A DNA stretch of 64,000 nucleotides, from assembly GCA_050273025.1 (NCBI GenBank), contig CP158635.1, positions 17,360,001-17,424,000 of the forward strand, read 5' to 3'. Numbering within the stretch: the stretch's first letter is position 1; each line of letters opens with the position of its first letter. Origin of the DNA: Cenococcum geophilum (Eukaryota). The notes beneath the pieces were generated by a model that saw only the letters and a list, made by a program, of their open reading frames with translations, was not told the origin of the DNA and searched no databases. Below, in pieces: positions 24,360-37,526 of this stretch. The position numbers and the translations under genes are program-made.

Positions 24360-24727
24360 ATGAACTATCGAATACGAAGACAATGAAAAGCCCAGCTTGC
24401 GGGAGATACTGGGCATAAGAGAGAAGTAATACCCACGTGCACGGCTTTGGTATAATAGATAGGATATATAGAATTAAATAAGATGTTGAGGTGCAGTAGC
24501 CTAATAATGCTAGAATCTTTACGTATGCTTGAACTAAGTAGAGAGATGTAAAGGTTATTATACGGTCAATGATACGAAATACTGAGTACGAAGACAATAA
24601 AAAGCAAAGTTTGTAGGTAATATTGGGGATCAGACAGAAGTAATGCCCACGTGGGCATCTTTGGTGTGATTGATAGGGTACGTAGACTCGAACAAGGTGT
24701 TAAGGTGCAGCACCCCAGCGATAATGG
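24360..24727. repeat. Diverged ~150-bp direct duplication (24360-24510, 24573-24727), each copy with CCCACGTG
   Basis: Shared blocks TACGAAGACAAT, AGAAGTAAT.CCCACGTG, AGGTGCAG in the same order. Confidence 0.8.
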
Positions 24728-24840
24728 GATCGAGCTCCTCCCTTCGATATAAAGACAAGGCCGCAACTCCTCAATCATAATCAGCTCTACATCAATCTCA
24801 AAGCCAAGTCTAACCCTTTTCGAACTTCATCCTTTCAACA

Positions 24841-25014
24841 ATGATTCTCCCTCGATTCTTCGCAATTTTCTTTGTCGCCATGTCTATGGTGCAAGCTCAG
24901 GCGATGCCTGAGCTTGACACTCGCGAGCTTCAAGTTCGCGATGATGGTACTGCGTGCCCAGAGGCTGGTGAGGGCCCTCACGATCCAGCTCTGTATTTCG
25001 ACCACCAGTGCTAG
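24841..25014 (+). CDS. Small secreted prepropeptide, 57 aa if unspliced
   Basis: MILPRFFAIFFVAMSMVQAQAMPELDTRELQVR-DDGTACPEAGEGPHDPALYFDHQC*; TATA-like TATAAA at ~24748; ACA-ATG start context; below the ORF-track length cut-off. 3' structure could be spliced. Confidence 0.6.
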   Translation: MILPRFFAIFFVAMSMVQAQAMPELDTRELQVRDDGTACPEAGEGPHDPALYFDHQC

Positions 25015-25199
25015 ACACTGAAACTTGTCAACGAGGCCTAGGGGGAGAACGGCCCGAGTTGTGTGTATGTAAGTTTTTCACTAATTATATGCTCTGATAG
25101 TACAAGTTGACTGAATACCTAAAGGTTGGATATAGCCGTTGCCGTGGATAGGATAGTGAGGGGCGGGGAGTCTTTCTTTTAACACTGGATGATGCGTAG

Positions 25200-26245
25200 A
25201 ACAGCAAAAATAAGTGGATCTTCCTCTGAGACCGCATTTAAATCTGTCACCGGGAATATAGTTTGCGGCACTAGCATGAAGACTGGGCTCAGCCAAGAGT
25301 TGCGGAACATCATTGTAGTCAACTGTAATATCGTAGTCCGTCGAACACTGCCCACAGTAACATAATTTAGACTTGTGACGGCCCTTTTTAAGAGTATACT
25401 TGATAATATCCCTTAAATTGACATGACTATTAGAACTTCCTCGGTGTCCAACAACGAGCTGCGGCATTGCACCCACGATCTGAGCTGCGAAGTCGGAATG
25501 ACTTCTCATTCCGGTTGAAACCACGATTGAGCACTGAGCGTGGAACAAGAGCTGATTTGAGATGATGCGAGCCTCGGTCCTGAGCCGTATCGAGCAATTT
25601 TTCTTCAGTACCTTTACAGTATCTGTCGATTTGAAGTTGAAGTCATCCAGAGGAATTCCATAGTTCAAGCCCCAGAGATGTTGGTTTATAGCAAGCCGTA
25701 CATGATGGTACGCGAGGACATATCGGTGTCCATAGTGTATATAACCGTTGAATTCAGCACATTTCCGTTTAACTTCACGATTGAAGCGCGTTGGTCCTCC
25801 AAGTCGATCATGCGAGTGAAACCTATCACACCAGGCACAGAACCAGTGGGATGGGAAGGCCTGTTCCAGGATGGTGTTCGCTCTTCTCTCGTACTTGCTC
25901 CGCGCCCGCTTAAGGAGTTTGTAAAGATGATCAGTTCCTACGGCATAGCAAATGTACCGACTGCTGAGACAGAATGCTGCCGCAGATTCTCGTGGAAGGT
26001 ATGACGTAATCTCTTGGATAATCTATAGGGAGACTTAGGATAGGTGGCTTTTTCTCTACGGGCAGAATACCCCAATCCTCGCAGACTGCAGAGCCGAAAC
26101 GGATGCCAGACTGATATCGAGACTTTAAAGGATCATGTCGAGATTGAAAGGAAGGTTGATCCTGTATAAGATGCTTGTCTACTCCAGAAGAGAGTTGAGA
26201 GAACCGACAGAACAGTTGACTAAAGGCTTTGCTAAATGTGAGCAT
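25200..26245 (-). pseudogene. F-box domain protein pseudogene
   Basis: Joining frames gives ILSLPI/IIQEITSYLPRESAAAFCLSSRY (F-box-like), then ILEQAFPSHWFCAWCDRFH and later CGQCSTDY; at least two frameshifts (~26022, ~25875). Confidence 0.65.
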
Positions 26246-26694
26246 GGTTACGTAAATCTCCTAGTCAAGATAGGAGACTAAGGGAATTACGGAGATACAA
26301 TGTTGAAGGGTACTCATTCCTTGGATAAACGTGGTTTAAAGTCGAAGAAGAGATCAGGCAAAAGATTGGCCACAGCCGTGCTACAGCAATTTTAACTAGT
26401 TCCCCATATCTCTGAGACATTTCTCTTGGATTTGCAAAGGTGTCTGCCTTGGGGCAGATAGCTCATCTGGCGAGGTGCGGCATGGCTGTGTTTAAAAGCC
26501 CGCGGAACTGTAGGCGCGCCAAGACGAACTAACACCAGCCGCTTTCTCGACTGTCTACGTACCTTGAAAGTCTGCCTCACTGGCTAGTTCTATTTCTTCT
26601 GCCACTGCTACTGTCACTGCCACTGCCGTTGCCGCTGCCACTGCACCATCGCCACTTATCCCCAGTGTCAAGAGACTCAAGTCATATCGCAAAT

Positions 26695-27188
26695 ATGGGT
26701 TCCGTCGTACTCCCGCATCTCGTCACCGGCTGGCACGTTGACCAGGCCATCGTAAGTCACCACTTTTCCTCCCCGCAGCGCATGCATGACTCTGACTAAC
26801 ATTTATGGCACCCAGATGTCCGAAGAAGAGCGCCTTGTAATCATCCGTTTCGGCAGAGATTGGGATCCAGACTGTATGGCGCAGGACGAGATCCTGTTCC
26901 GCATCGCTGACCGCGTCAAGAATTTCGCCGTCATCTACGTCTGCGACCTAGATCAGGTTCCCGACTTCAAGCAGATGTACGCTGTACGACCCGATGACGC
27001 TCATGTTCTTCTTCCGCAACAAGCATATGATGTGCGATTTCGGCACTGGTAATAACAACAAACTTAACTGGGTCCTGGAGGATAAGCAGGAATTGATCGA
27101 TATCATCGAGACGATCTATCGTGGTGCAAAGAAGGGTAGGGGTTTGGTTGTCAGTCCCAAGGACTATTCTACTCGCTATCGGTACTGA
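26695..27188 (+). CDS. DIB1: U5 snRNP thioredoxin-like protein Dib1/Dim1 (TXNL4A); apparent 2-nt frameshift at ~26981
   Basis: Exons 26695-26751 and 26816-27188; MGSVVLPHL..WHVDQAI, FGTGNNNKLNW, GLVVSPKDYSTRYRY. Confidence 0.93.
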
Positions 27189-27938
27189 GCGGGATGCCTT
27201 TTGGCTTCGTCTTCTTGAATGAACGCGAGCTCGACAAGTATCCTACAACGAGACGAGGAGAAAGGGCGAATGGGATATTCTTAGCGCGACGATATGAACG
27301 AGCAGTCTCCGTTATGACTACTAAGTTGATAGGCGGTATTTGGAGTTTGGTTGGTCTCACTTAATCTCAAAATATGTCCTAGCGATCAAAGTGCTAATGC
27401 GAGTTACTCAAAAGAACTGACCCTTTCGATTTCGAATCGTAAGTGCCACCATATTAGGATTACTGACTATGTCCCAGCTACCCCTACCCGCTTTATTTTA
27501 TGGGACCTTTAATCCTTAGGAACACCGAGAACACCCATGCCTACACCCATTTCGCACATGCTATTGAAAATCCATTTTTGTTCTACCATAGCGAGCACTC
27601 CTTTGTCATCCATAGTAAGTTACGTTGGCAAGAATATTTCTCAGAACCCATATATTAGTACTTGTATAATACCAAGCATCGATAAACAGAAAGCAAGATT
27701 CGCCCCCTACTCCCTCGCATGCTTAACACCATGTTCACTCTATGGACCATTACTTCTCCCAAACAACCCTCCCAAAACCACAACAACCTGCAGCATGGTA
27801 TCCGCGAACCAGCGCCACCGAAACAAGAGCTCCCCGAAAAGCACCATGCAACACTCCTAGCCATCCCCAACGCCATCCATAACCCATGATCCCTCGCCAT
27901 GCAGAATCCAAAGCCCAAACGCACCCCTTCCACCCCAC

Positions 27939-30387
27939 TTACTTGGAAGAAAAGAAATGATGCTTCTTCTTTTTCTTCTCCGGATCCTTTGAGAACTTCC
28001 CGCCCGAGTTCTGAGCCGCCAAATGACTGCCCTGTCCATTCTGTGGTCTGCCCGCGACCGCACCACCCCCCGAGTTCAGCGTCATGGCGCCCAAGCCCGC
28101 CGTCGGCGGCGCCGGGGTCTTCGGCAGCCCTGGCTTCGCCAAACTGGGTGGAGTCGGTTTCGGCGGCTCATCCCGCTCGAACAGATGCGCAGGTGCTTTC
28201 GGCTTGGGCAGCTCGGCTGGGATGCCCAGCCGTCTCTTGTCGACGCTCAGATCGCCGACCTGTCGCACGAAGAGCCCTGGGTTGAGCATGTGCGAGGTTA
28301 TGAGGAAGACATCACGGGAGGTCTGGCGCGAGACTTCATAGCAGGCGCGCGACTCGGAGTAGGTGGCGCCGCCAGCCATGAAGACGATAATGCGCTGTCT
28401 AGGCTCTACCGAACTTAAGCGCGACTTCGCCCACGTTGGCTTGGCGGAGCGGAGGGAAGCGGCGGAGACCGAGTCTTGGGCAGATGGTTCGGTGGCGTCT
28501 AGATGCGGTTTTGTGTAAGGGAAGATGGTCTGGTCGAGCACGCCGCGAACGTGGTCTTCGAGAAGGTTTTGGAGGGCGGTTGTAAAGCGCGAGAGGGCGT
28601 ATTCTTCTGCGTTAGCGGGAGGAGCGGGTTTTCGAGGAAATAGAGGGGGCGAAGGGGGTTTGTTGTCTTTGAGAGGTCTAGCAATGCGCGCTCCCAACAA
28701 GTCGAGGTTGTTGAGAACTTCACCATCCTGTGGAGGAAGTTGAGCGTGGGCGAGAAGTTTCATGAGGTCCGCAGGGAGAAGTCCGTCTTTGTAGAGGAGG
28801 TACAAAGCTATGAGGCGCAGACGATCCGGGCGTGTGATACTATCTTCGTCAAGAGTGCGAACAACTTGATCTGCAAGGTTTTTAGGTTTGCGGTAATCCT
28901 CATCAAGTCCGGTAGCGAGGGACTACTAAATTGTCAAAGAATTGCTCGTATGAGAAAATAGGGTTGGCAGAAACGTACTTGTTCTACCGATGCCAGATCT
29001 GGTAGCTTATGATTCTGGAATATATTCATGCATTCTTGAGCCATGCTCAGGTGTAGCGAATATGCTTCCTTCATTTCCTGAAACTGAGGCAAACCAGCTA
29101 TCATATCCTTGATGGCATTTAAACTGCTTGCGTTGCCAGTATCTGAGTTCGTGAAATGAGGATTTTCGTCAATGAACCTTTGGAAGTCGCCCATCAACTT
29201 TTCGATGGTATCTTTCATGTGCTGATGTCGGTTCTCTACCCATATCTTGTCTTTCTCGCCAATTTCCATCTCCTTTTCCTCTTCGTCGGGCCTTCCCTCG
29301 TTTACGATTGCCTTGTATGTTACTTTATCTCCTTCTTTGATTGGCAAAATATCATGAGCCATTGCTTGGTAAGTAAACTCGTGCAGGAGGGGGGCAAATA
29401 AATCCATTGACCTATCGGTGATATAGAGCGCTCCTCTAGGACGGTTCGAAGGAGGAGGGAAATTTTGATGGTATTGGGCGTACATATCTATCTGTTCCTG
29501 CGCAAAACGCGCAAGATGCAAGCAGAGAACGCTAGCCTCGTGAGACGGGTTCCGTGGTCGGTAATAGCGAATAGTTGGATACTCGCCCAGAGAAACACAC
29601 ACAGCCACAATCTAACAAATTAACGAAGTCAGCGTCCTCCTAGTATACACGATAGACATTCTTCTTACCTTTTGTGCTAACTCTTCCATGTGCTGCCTAA
29701 CGAGGTTATTACACGCCGGATGGAACAGAATTGGGAAGCTCCACGGGTCCCGGAAGGTGATCAAGTGGGACTCTCTGGGGTAGTAGTTAATCTCCAGCAC
29801 TCTGAATATCCGAATCTGCTCTCTTGCTATAGATAACCTGTCTATGCGCTCTCTTAATGGTGGAGGGAGCACTGAATAGGTCAGTATTTAGCCAGGCGAA
29901 AAGTGAAAACATAGCCTTACAAGACGTCCATATTAAAAAGGTGCCTCGATATCTGCGGCGTTCGAGGTCGGCCATAATGCATTCGACAATATGAGGTTGG
30001 GGAGAAAGGATGTAGACAGCGTCCATGTCCTTATTTATTGGCCGCCTATGCTCAATCTGCTCAATATCTGGGGTTAAGTCAGACATCTGATGGCATTTGC
30101 AATTTAAAATATGGTCGTACTTGTTATCTGCTCGTTGAGAATATCATCTTCCTTCACAACATTGTCGATGAGCTTGCGGCTCGTCTCGTCTACCACCAAG
30201 ACTTTCCACTAAATTGAGGTTGGTGTCAGGACAGCTTTATGAGGGGGTCGAGGTGCGTGTACTTCTCCGCGCGCGGTATTTCGTATGGTATCGAGTATAA
30301 CTATATAGTATAATTAGCACATGAAGCTTCAAAGAATGATAAAGGGTCTATACTGTCACGCTGAGTGTCGATAATGGAGGCACCCAT
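27939..30387 (-). CDS. SEC1: Sec1/Munc18-family exocytic SM protein, multi-exon
   Basis: Start MGASIIDTQRD; motifs WKVLVVD, LGEYPTIRYY, DRSMDLFAPLLHEFTYQAMAHD, IIVFMAGGATYSE; polybasic C-terminus; several GT-AG introns. Confidence 0.93.
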
Positions 30388-30737
30388 GGCGGGCAATTCC
30401 GGGCAGCTTCAGTTGGAATGAGAGAAAGAATACAGCGATGGTTAAAAGATCGCTCGAGGTTATATTTAGACCTGCTTTGTGGTAAATTTCGAGGGGAACA
30501 GAAGTTGCGGGCAGGTATTCGTGGTGGTTGAGAGGGTAATGTGGGGTTTCGGCGATGGCCATCTCGCTCCGCCTGAAGACGAAACTTTTGACGTTGTACA
30601 CCAAATAAAAAACCCCAAAACACTCCAACACCAACACTAACGAGACAGCCAATTCAGCACCTTTAGCCTTTATTTACTGTTCATGGGATCTGAGGCGCCT
30701 TCTATCACGGTCCAGTCTTCCTCCTAGACTGCTTAGG

Positions 30738-33656
30738 ATGCAGACGCAGGCCAAGCGTCCTAGCCTATGCATTTTCTGTGCCTTTGCCTCCAAACCACGC
30801 CGCCCAATTCCGCGAATTCAGGCCGCCAATTGGAAGAGTTTAAATCGCCAGCGTAAGCCTCTAGTTGATCCTGGAACAAGGACAGGCACATGGAGACCAC
30901 TTCTAGTTCAGGATGACAAAGTAAACCAACTATCTCCTTCCTAAGTAATGCAGGACTAATAAGGCTTTTAGCATCGCGCCATCGCTATTCACCGTATTCG
31001 TAAAGCAGCAGGGAAAGGGACTGTTAGTCTAGCCGCTAATAACCCAGAGATACTTAAATCATTAGTAGTGCAGAAGCTCCTACCCAATCTTAAGAAAGAG
31101 CTGAGCGAACCGGAATTCCTCGAGAGTATTGAGCTCAATCCAAAGTCATTCAAAGAATATTGGGCCAGTTTTGAGAAGGTTATCGAGAATACCGAGGGTC
31201 TTGATGATGGCTTTGCTGCCAAATTCGAAGCGTTACAAGACGCATACCGAGAAAAGGGAGTAACCGGTGTGATACGTGAGCTGAAATATGGCTTCTACGC
31301 ACATATAGCGGGAGTAAATTTCACAGCCGCTGAAATTAAGAATCAAAAGGCTCTGGCAGATTTACGCTATCCTGCGGAATGGTACCCGGCAACGAGAGAG
31401 ATACGGCGAACTATCCACCTTCACGTAGGACCGACCAATTCGGGCAAAACATACCATGCCCTCAAGCGACTCGAAAAAGCGAAATCTGGCGTGTATGCTG
31501 GACCCCTGCGTCTACTAGCTAACGAAATCTTTACCCGCATGAATGCGAAGGGAAAGAAATGCGCTCTCATCACAGGAGAGGAAAGAAAATTTCCAGACCC
31601 AGAAAATATTGATATGGTGAGCTGTACCGTCGAGATGGCCCCGATAAACAAGGAACTCGAGGTCGCCGTTATCGATGAAATTCAGATGATCAATAGTCCC
31701 GAACGTGGCTGGGCATGGACTCAAGCATTCCTAGGAATGCAAGCGAGGGAAATGCATCTCTGCGGAGAAGAGAGGACAGTACCGTTGATTCGGGAGTTAA
31801 CAGCAGCAATGGGGGATAAGTTAGAGATACACAGATATCAGCGACTTAGTCCTCTGAAAATGATGAATAAGAGCCTGGGAGGGGATCTCAGCAAACTTCA
31901 AAAGGGCGACTGCATAGTCGCCTTTTCAGTCATGGGTATTCACGCTCTCCGAGAGCAAATAGAAAAGAAGACTGGCCGGAAGGTCGCCATTATCTACGGT
32001 AGTTTACCACCAGAAACCAGAGCTCATCAAGCCAGGCTTTTCAACAACCCCGAAAATGACTATGACTTTTTGGTGGCCAGCGATGCAATCGGCATGGGCC
32101 TTAATCTGTAAGTCATCGCCGCCCAGATAGGCGTTGTTACTAGCTAATAAAACATTAGAAGCATCAAGCGGATTATTTTTGAAACCTGTGTGAAGAACAA
32201 CGGGCAAAAGATGGTAGCTCTACAAACATCAGAGATTAAGCAGATTGCTGGTCGAGCCGGGCGTTATCGCATTGCCGAACAGTCCGCTAACGAAGGAACC
32301 GAAAGCAACGACTTTCAGACAGAAATACCTGTTGAGAAAGCTCCAACGCCAGGATTCGATGGGGTTGTGGACATAGATGACAATCTTCCTTTGGAGGAAG
32401 TTCGTCTTGACAAGCAGTCAACTAAGAACACCAACCACATGGAAGCGGAGCCTCAGAAAAGCCCCAGCGCCGCTTTGCATTCCAAGAAACCTGATACAGT
32501 TAATGTTTCTATCACCTCACCAACGCCAAGCAAATCTACTGGAGAAGGCACTGTCGGATACGTCACAACTCTCGAAAGAATCGATTTCGCCAGAGTGGCG
32601 CGTGCGGTTGGGGGAGAAGCCGAGATTATTCAAACAGCAGGGCTCTTCCCTCCGGCACGGATTATCGAGCGCTTTGCGACTTATTTTCCTCCTGGAACTC
32701 CCTTTAGCTACATCCTCCTCCGATTGAACGAGATATCCCGGCTCCACCCCCGCTTCCACATATGTGGCCTGAAGGACCAGCTCATCATCGCCGATATCAT
32801 TCAGCCTGTGAAAGGCTTGACTACAGGCGACCGCATCATATTCTGTTCAGCTCCGGCCCCCACGCGAGATCCCGAAACCAGAAAGCTCCTGCGTACCCTC
32901 GCGGAGTGCGTAGGCAAGCAAAAACGTGGCGGACTCCTTGACATTCCTGAATTTAATCTAGAGCTTTTAGACCAGGATCCTTTGCCAGATCGCGTTTACC
33001 TTGCTAAGCTCGAAAGTTTGCATAGAGGCATTGTATTATACCTCTGGCTCAGCTTCCACTTCTCGGGCGTCTTCACTACACGCGGAATGGCGAACTATGT
33101 TAAGGGGTTGGTTGAAGATAGGATTGAGGTTACGTTATCGAGGATCTCGTATTCGGACAAGTATAGGGAAAAATTGAAGAGGAAGCGTGAGAAGGCAATG
33201 ATTGACGACCTAAAGCGGGAAATCATGGCTGAGAAGGACGTAGAGAATGAGGAGTGGAAAGAGCAAGAGACGGAAGATGGAGATGAGGTGGAATTGAACG
33301 AAGAACGCCGTGCGAAGACCCTAGCTGCAGTAGGAGTACAGGAAGTCAAGGACGTTTTGGGTGATACGCAATCTTTTCGGGAGGACGATCGGGACCTGAG
33401 GGGTGACTATAACGAGTACAACACGCCTGAGCTTGAAATGTGGGAACAGTTTGAACCACGTGGGAACGGTGCATTGCGGCCTTTCAAGTTCGGCCCTTTT
33501 GACAGCATCGACGAGATAGAGAAGATGGTTATAGACATCACCGCGAACACTCAGGCCCTGCGCGATAAGACATTGGATTTGGAAACGAAGACGAATTTAA
33601 AAAGCATTGACCTTAGCTCTGGAAATGCTGCGGAGATTATACATCCGCTGGCATAA
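30738..33656 (+). CDS. SUV3: Mitochondrial ATP-dependent RNA helicase Suv3
   Basis: Introns 30921-30971 and 32108-32158 give one frame; GPTNSGKT, DEIQM, SDAIGMGLNL, QIAGRAGR. Confidence 0.95.
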
Positions 33657-34015
33657 ATGTATATGTAGACCCGTGGACTGAGGAGGTATTTGAGACCCGA
33701 AACTCAATACCATAGCCTTTAATGTTTGGATGAGATGGGAGTCATAGGAGGCATGTCTTGTATCTTCTTTATTTGTAACTTCTAAGATGCATCTCTCGGC
33801 GTATTGGGGAGAACTGGGCTACGCCATTCTGGCTATTGTAAAACATTTGGATAGAAGGCTTGCACGCTAAATCTCCGGAACACAGGAGGGCTAAGAAAAT
33901 GGAATATAGAGGAATGCAGACTAGCTAATTGCTCTCGCGAAATTAACAACTATTTAAGCACCCAACTCCTTCTCAAAGTCACCCCTTGATCCAATTTATT
34001 CCCTTTCTTTTCACA

Positions 34016-35186
34016 TCACCCAACTCTCGCAGCACCCCCATTAGCCGCAACAACGCTCCCACTTACCCACCTCGCCTTCTCACTAACCAACCACCCGACT
34101 ACATCTGCAACATCTTCGCACTCGCCCATCCGTCCTCCCTCTGCAACCGTCACCTTCGGCAGCCGTTCATCTTTCAGTGCTTGCTGTGTGGCATCTGGTA
34201 GAGACCTAAAACCATGGCTATCCGTCAGGCCAACCGAGACGGCATTCACAGTCGTACCCTGCATGCCGGGAGCGGAGCCGAGCTCGAGAGCCCACGAGCG
34301 CGTCAAGGACTCCAGAGCGGTTTTCGTAGCCGCGAAGACAGAGCTGTCACCACAGCGTCAGCAATCCCTCCACTAGCCCGTTCAAGCGCGGTCGACGCCC
34401 AGACCCAATCTGCCGCCCCTAGACCCGGGGCAGCGGTCCGAGAAGCAGAAGGGAAGAGAGCCACACGTACCCGCCTACCCGCCCCTCGCGCACGCGGTCG
34501 CTCGAGATATTCACGATGCGCGCGTTCGGCCGGAACAGCTTCTTCCGCACCAGCGTCTCGACCATCAGAACGGGCGTCTGCACATTCCCCAGCAGGCTCT
34601 TCTCAACGTCCCCCAATTCCATCTCCCCAATCTTATGCCGTACCACGATCGCGGCGTTATTTACCAGGATGTCGACGTGGCCGTCAAACTCGGTTTCCAG
34701 CGTGCGGGCGATAAGGTCCGCGCAGTCGGGGGAGAGGATGTTGGCGGCGATGCCGACGAGCTTGGGCTGCGTGGGGTGTGTCGTGTGAGATATACGCGTG
34801 CTGGAGGTACTGGGGAAGGAGGGGAAGGCGTTGGAGTAGAGTGCCGAGACGGTGTGCGAGAGAGTGTCGAAGTGTTGCGCCGAGGATGGGTCAGAGTAGG
34901 TTCCTAGCACTGCGGCACCCCGGGTTGCAAGGCCGAGGGCGATGGCGCGGCCGATACCTTTGGTTGCGCCACTGAGGGAGGTTAGTGAGATTGGATGCTT
35001 GGAGAGTGGTGGGGTGAGGGATGGGGGAGAGGTGAGCTTAAATGTTGTGCTCTCGGAACTGCTGGATGGGAAGATATGTGTGGGTTGAGGACATGAGAGG
35101 AATGCAGTAATTAAATGCTTGAGATGGCTTTTGATATGGCTTTTTGAACTGTTTGATTGAACAAGTGTTTCGATTTTCCCGGACAT
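34016..35186 (-). CDS. Short-chain dehydrogenase/reductase, atypical active site; start uncertain
   Basis: GATKGIG Rossmann motif, DILVNNAA, IVNISS, intron 34344-34470, then VFAATK...VNAVSVG. Confidence 0.78.
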
Positions 35187-35875
35187 GGTAGAAGTGAAAA
35201 GATTTACTCTCCACATGTATGAAATCTCTTGAATTATGAAAACGGACTTCAACGAAACCCAAGAGAGTTAGAGAAAAGGAAATAAAAAGTTCTTACGTTA
35301 CAACTGCTACCTTCCCCGCTAGATCCTGCTCTTGCAGGTGTGGAGCTTCAGGTATATAAGAGCCTGTTCCGTCCATGACTGGAAAGCAATTGTTTAGAAA
35401 ATATTAAATGTCTAGCACAAGATGTAGCTACAGCTTGAGTTCTAATACCAGCGGAGGGGATTGTGCGGAGTCCGTTTCATTGGGGCTGAAGTATTATTTC
35501 AGCTGTGATGTCAAACGTCGCTACATGACTTGTGGCGTAGATTGTGGCTGGTTCTATGGGGTTCAAGATTCATCTGACATATACAAGCCCCATCTTGCTT
35601 TTGCCGTCAAGCATAAGATCCGACATATAAGCTCCTCGAAGGCGTTCTTGGTATTTAGTGACGCCTCGCGGGAAGAATGCGGCACGCCTAGGTACATTTG
35701 AGGCTCATTAAATTAGATCGCTCCTTGGTCAAATCTCATAGCCGCAGACTTCCGCCAGCTACTTCATCCAACTCCATTTCTTCACCCACGCGACACACAA
35801 CAACCCGCCAAAACAGAGCACTTACACCATCAGCCTATACATCGTGTTTTGGAGATTCCTCTGCAGAGCGTCGCA

Positions 35876-36928
35876 ATGGCGCCTCTTCACTTATTCGAGA
35901 TTCCCCGGCCTAAGGTAAGTTCTCGACTCCCTTCAGCACCCGCAACCGTCCTCTCCACTGCCGCTAACATGCTCTAGGCCTTCTTTAACTACATGTCTCT
36001 CCGCACAGGCGCCGAAATCATAACCTTCCTCATGCTGCTAAACAAGATCTCCGGCTTCTACGGCATCCTAGCCCTGTTAACCGGCGCGCCGTTGACCTCG
36101 CTCCAATTCTCCATGTACCTGTACTCGCTGCTGGCGCTCTGCGCAACCGCCTACCTGAGCCCGCACATCCGCCGCGCCTCGCCGCTGCAGTGCCTCGCCC
36201 TCGCCCACCTCTACGCCTTCGACACCGTGCTCAACGCCCTCTATACCGCCGCCTTCGGCGTCGCCTGGTTCTACGTCCTAGCGCAACACGGCGACGACGG
36301 CAAGACCGCCGTGCCCGGCGCCCCCGGCATCTCCTCCGCCGCCGGGTTCACGAACCCGAAATACAACGTGTCATCCGTCGAGGTGATTGCGGCGCCCGCG
36401 GGTGGGCTAGTGCCAGGCCAGGACGCCGTGGCCGTGGGCACGGGGGCTGCGGCCGCGGCCGGCAGCGGCGCGGGGCTCGGCGGCGCGGTCTTCCACAGCG
36501 GCAGTTTCATGAGCCTGTCCGTCATCGCGGTGCTCTGGGTGCTGCGCGCCTATTTCGTCTTCGTGCTGCTGGCTTTCGCGCGCCAGGTCTTGCGCCAACA
36601 TGTCGCTACGACGTCCTCTGCTGCGTGGGGTGCACCCGGAGCACCGCAGGATAATCTCGCTGAGAACCCCTTCGCTGAGGGCCGTGAGGAGGGCGAGGGG
36701 TGGAGGGGGAAGCTTGGGAGAGCTATGTTGGCTGGTGCACCGCAGTATTGGCTTGGTGCCGATGAGGATGGCGAGTGGATGCGTGGCTTGGGCGGGAAGT
36801 TCAGGAAGAGCATGGAGCCTGTGGGTGTTGTGGAGAGGGAGAGGAGGCGGAGAAGTGGGACCGGACCGCCAGCTCCACCCAGGGAACTTGTTGGGCAGAG
36901 GTTGGCGGATTTGACGGAGGTGAGGTGA
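35876..36928 (+). CDS. KEI1: Inositol phosphorylceramide synthase regulatory subunit Kei1
   Basis: Exon 1 35876-35914, intron to 35977; PRPK-AFFNYMSLRTGAEII..LLNKISGFYGILALLTG; four hydrophobic segments. Confidence 0.85.
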
Positions 36929-37526
36929 GCAGGGCGACTAGACAAGAGAAGGATCGGAGTGACAGTTTGGCAGAACAGAAGTAAAGAGGACGTAGCAGAG
37001 GAAGAAGGTGGATGGAGAAGTAGACGCTCGTAAACGAAGGAGACGAGCGGTAATGACCTAATTGGATGAACGCGCGGATTATCCGGTTGATAAGGCGTTT
37101 TTGTACGAGTACGAAAATCTCGGAAGTTTGCACACAATCCATAAAGCTGAGCGTTGCGGGTTTACCCGCTCTATTCCTATACACAAGTCCACAGCATTTT
37201 AGCATTAGGCGTAATTCTATCACGACTTTCTACTGTATCGATTTGCCACTGTTATACCCACCTTTTTGCCCTTTTATGTTGACTATTATGATTAAGCAGA
37301 GTCGTAAAATTTGGTACAGACGGAATGCTTTTCCCATCCATTGAGTTGCGTTGTGTAATACCCCAGACCGTTTTTCTACTTCCAATCGAGCGGAAATAAC
37401 TCCTTTAGAACCTCACTGCACATCTTTTGAAAGATCTTGAGCTAGACCCCTCGAAGTCCCTCTGTACATTCCGCGCTCCCGAACGCCTCTAAGCATCAAC
37501 CCTTCTGCCACCTCTTACTCACTCTT

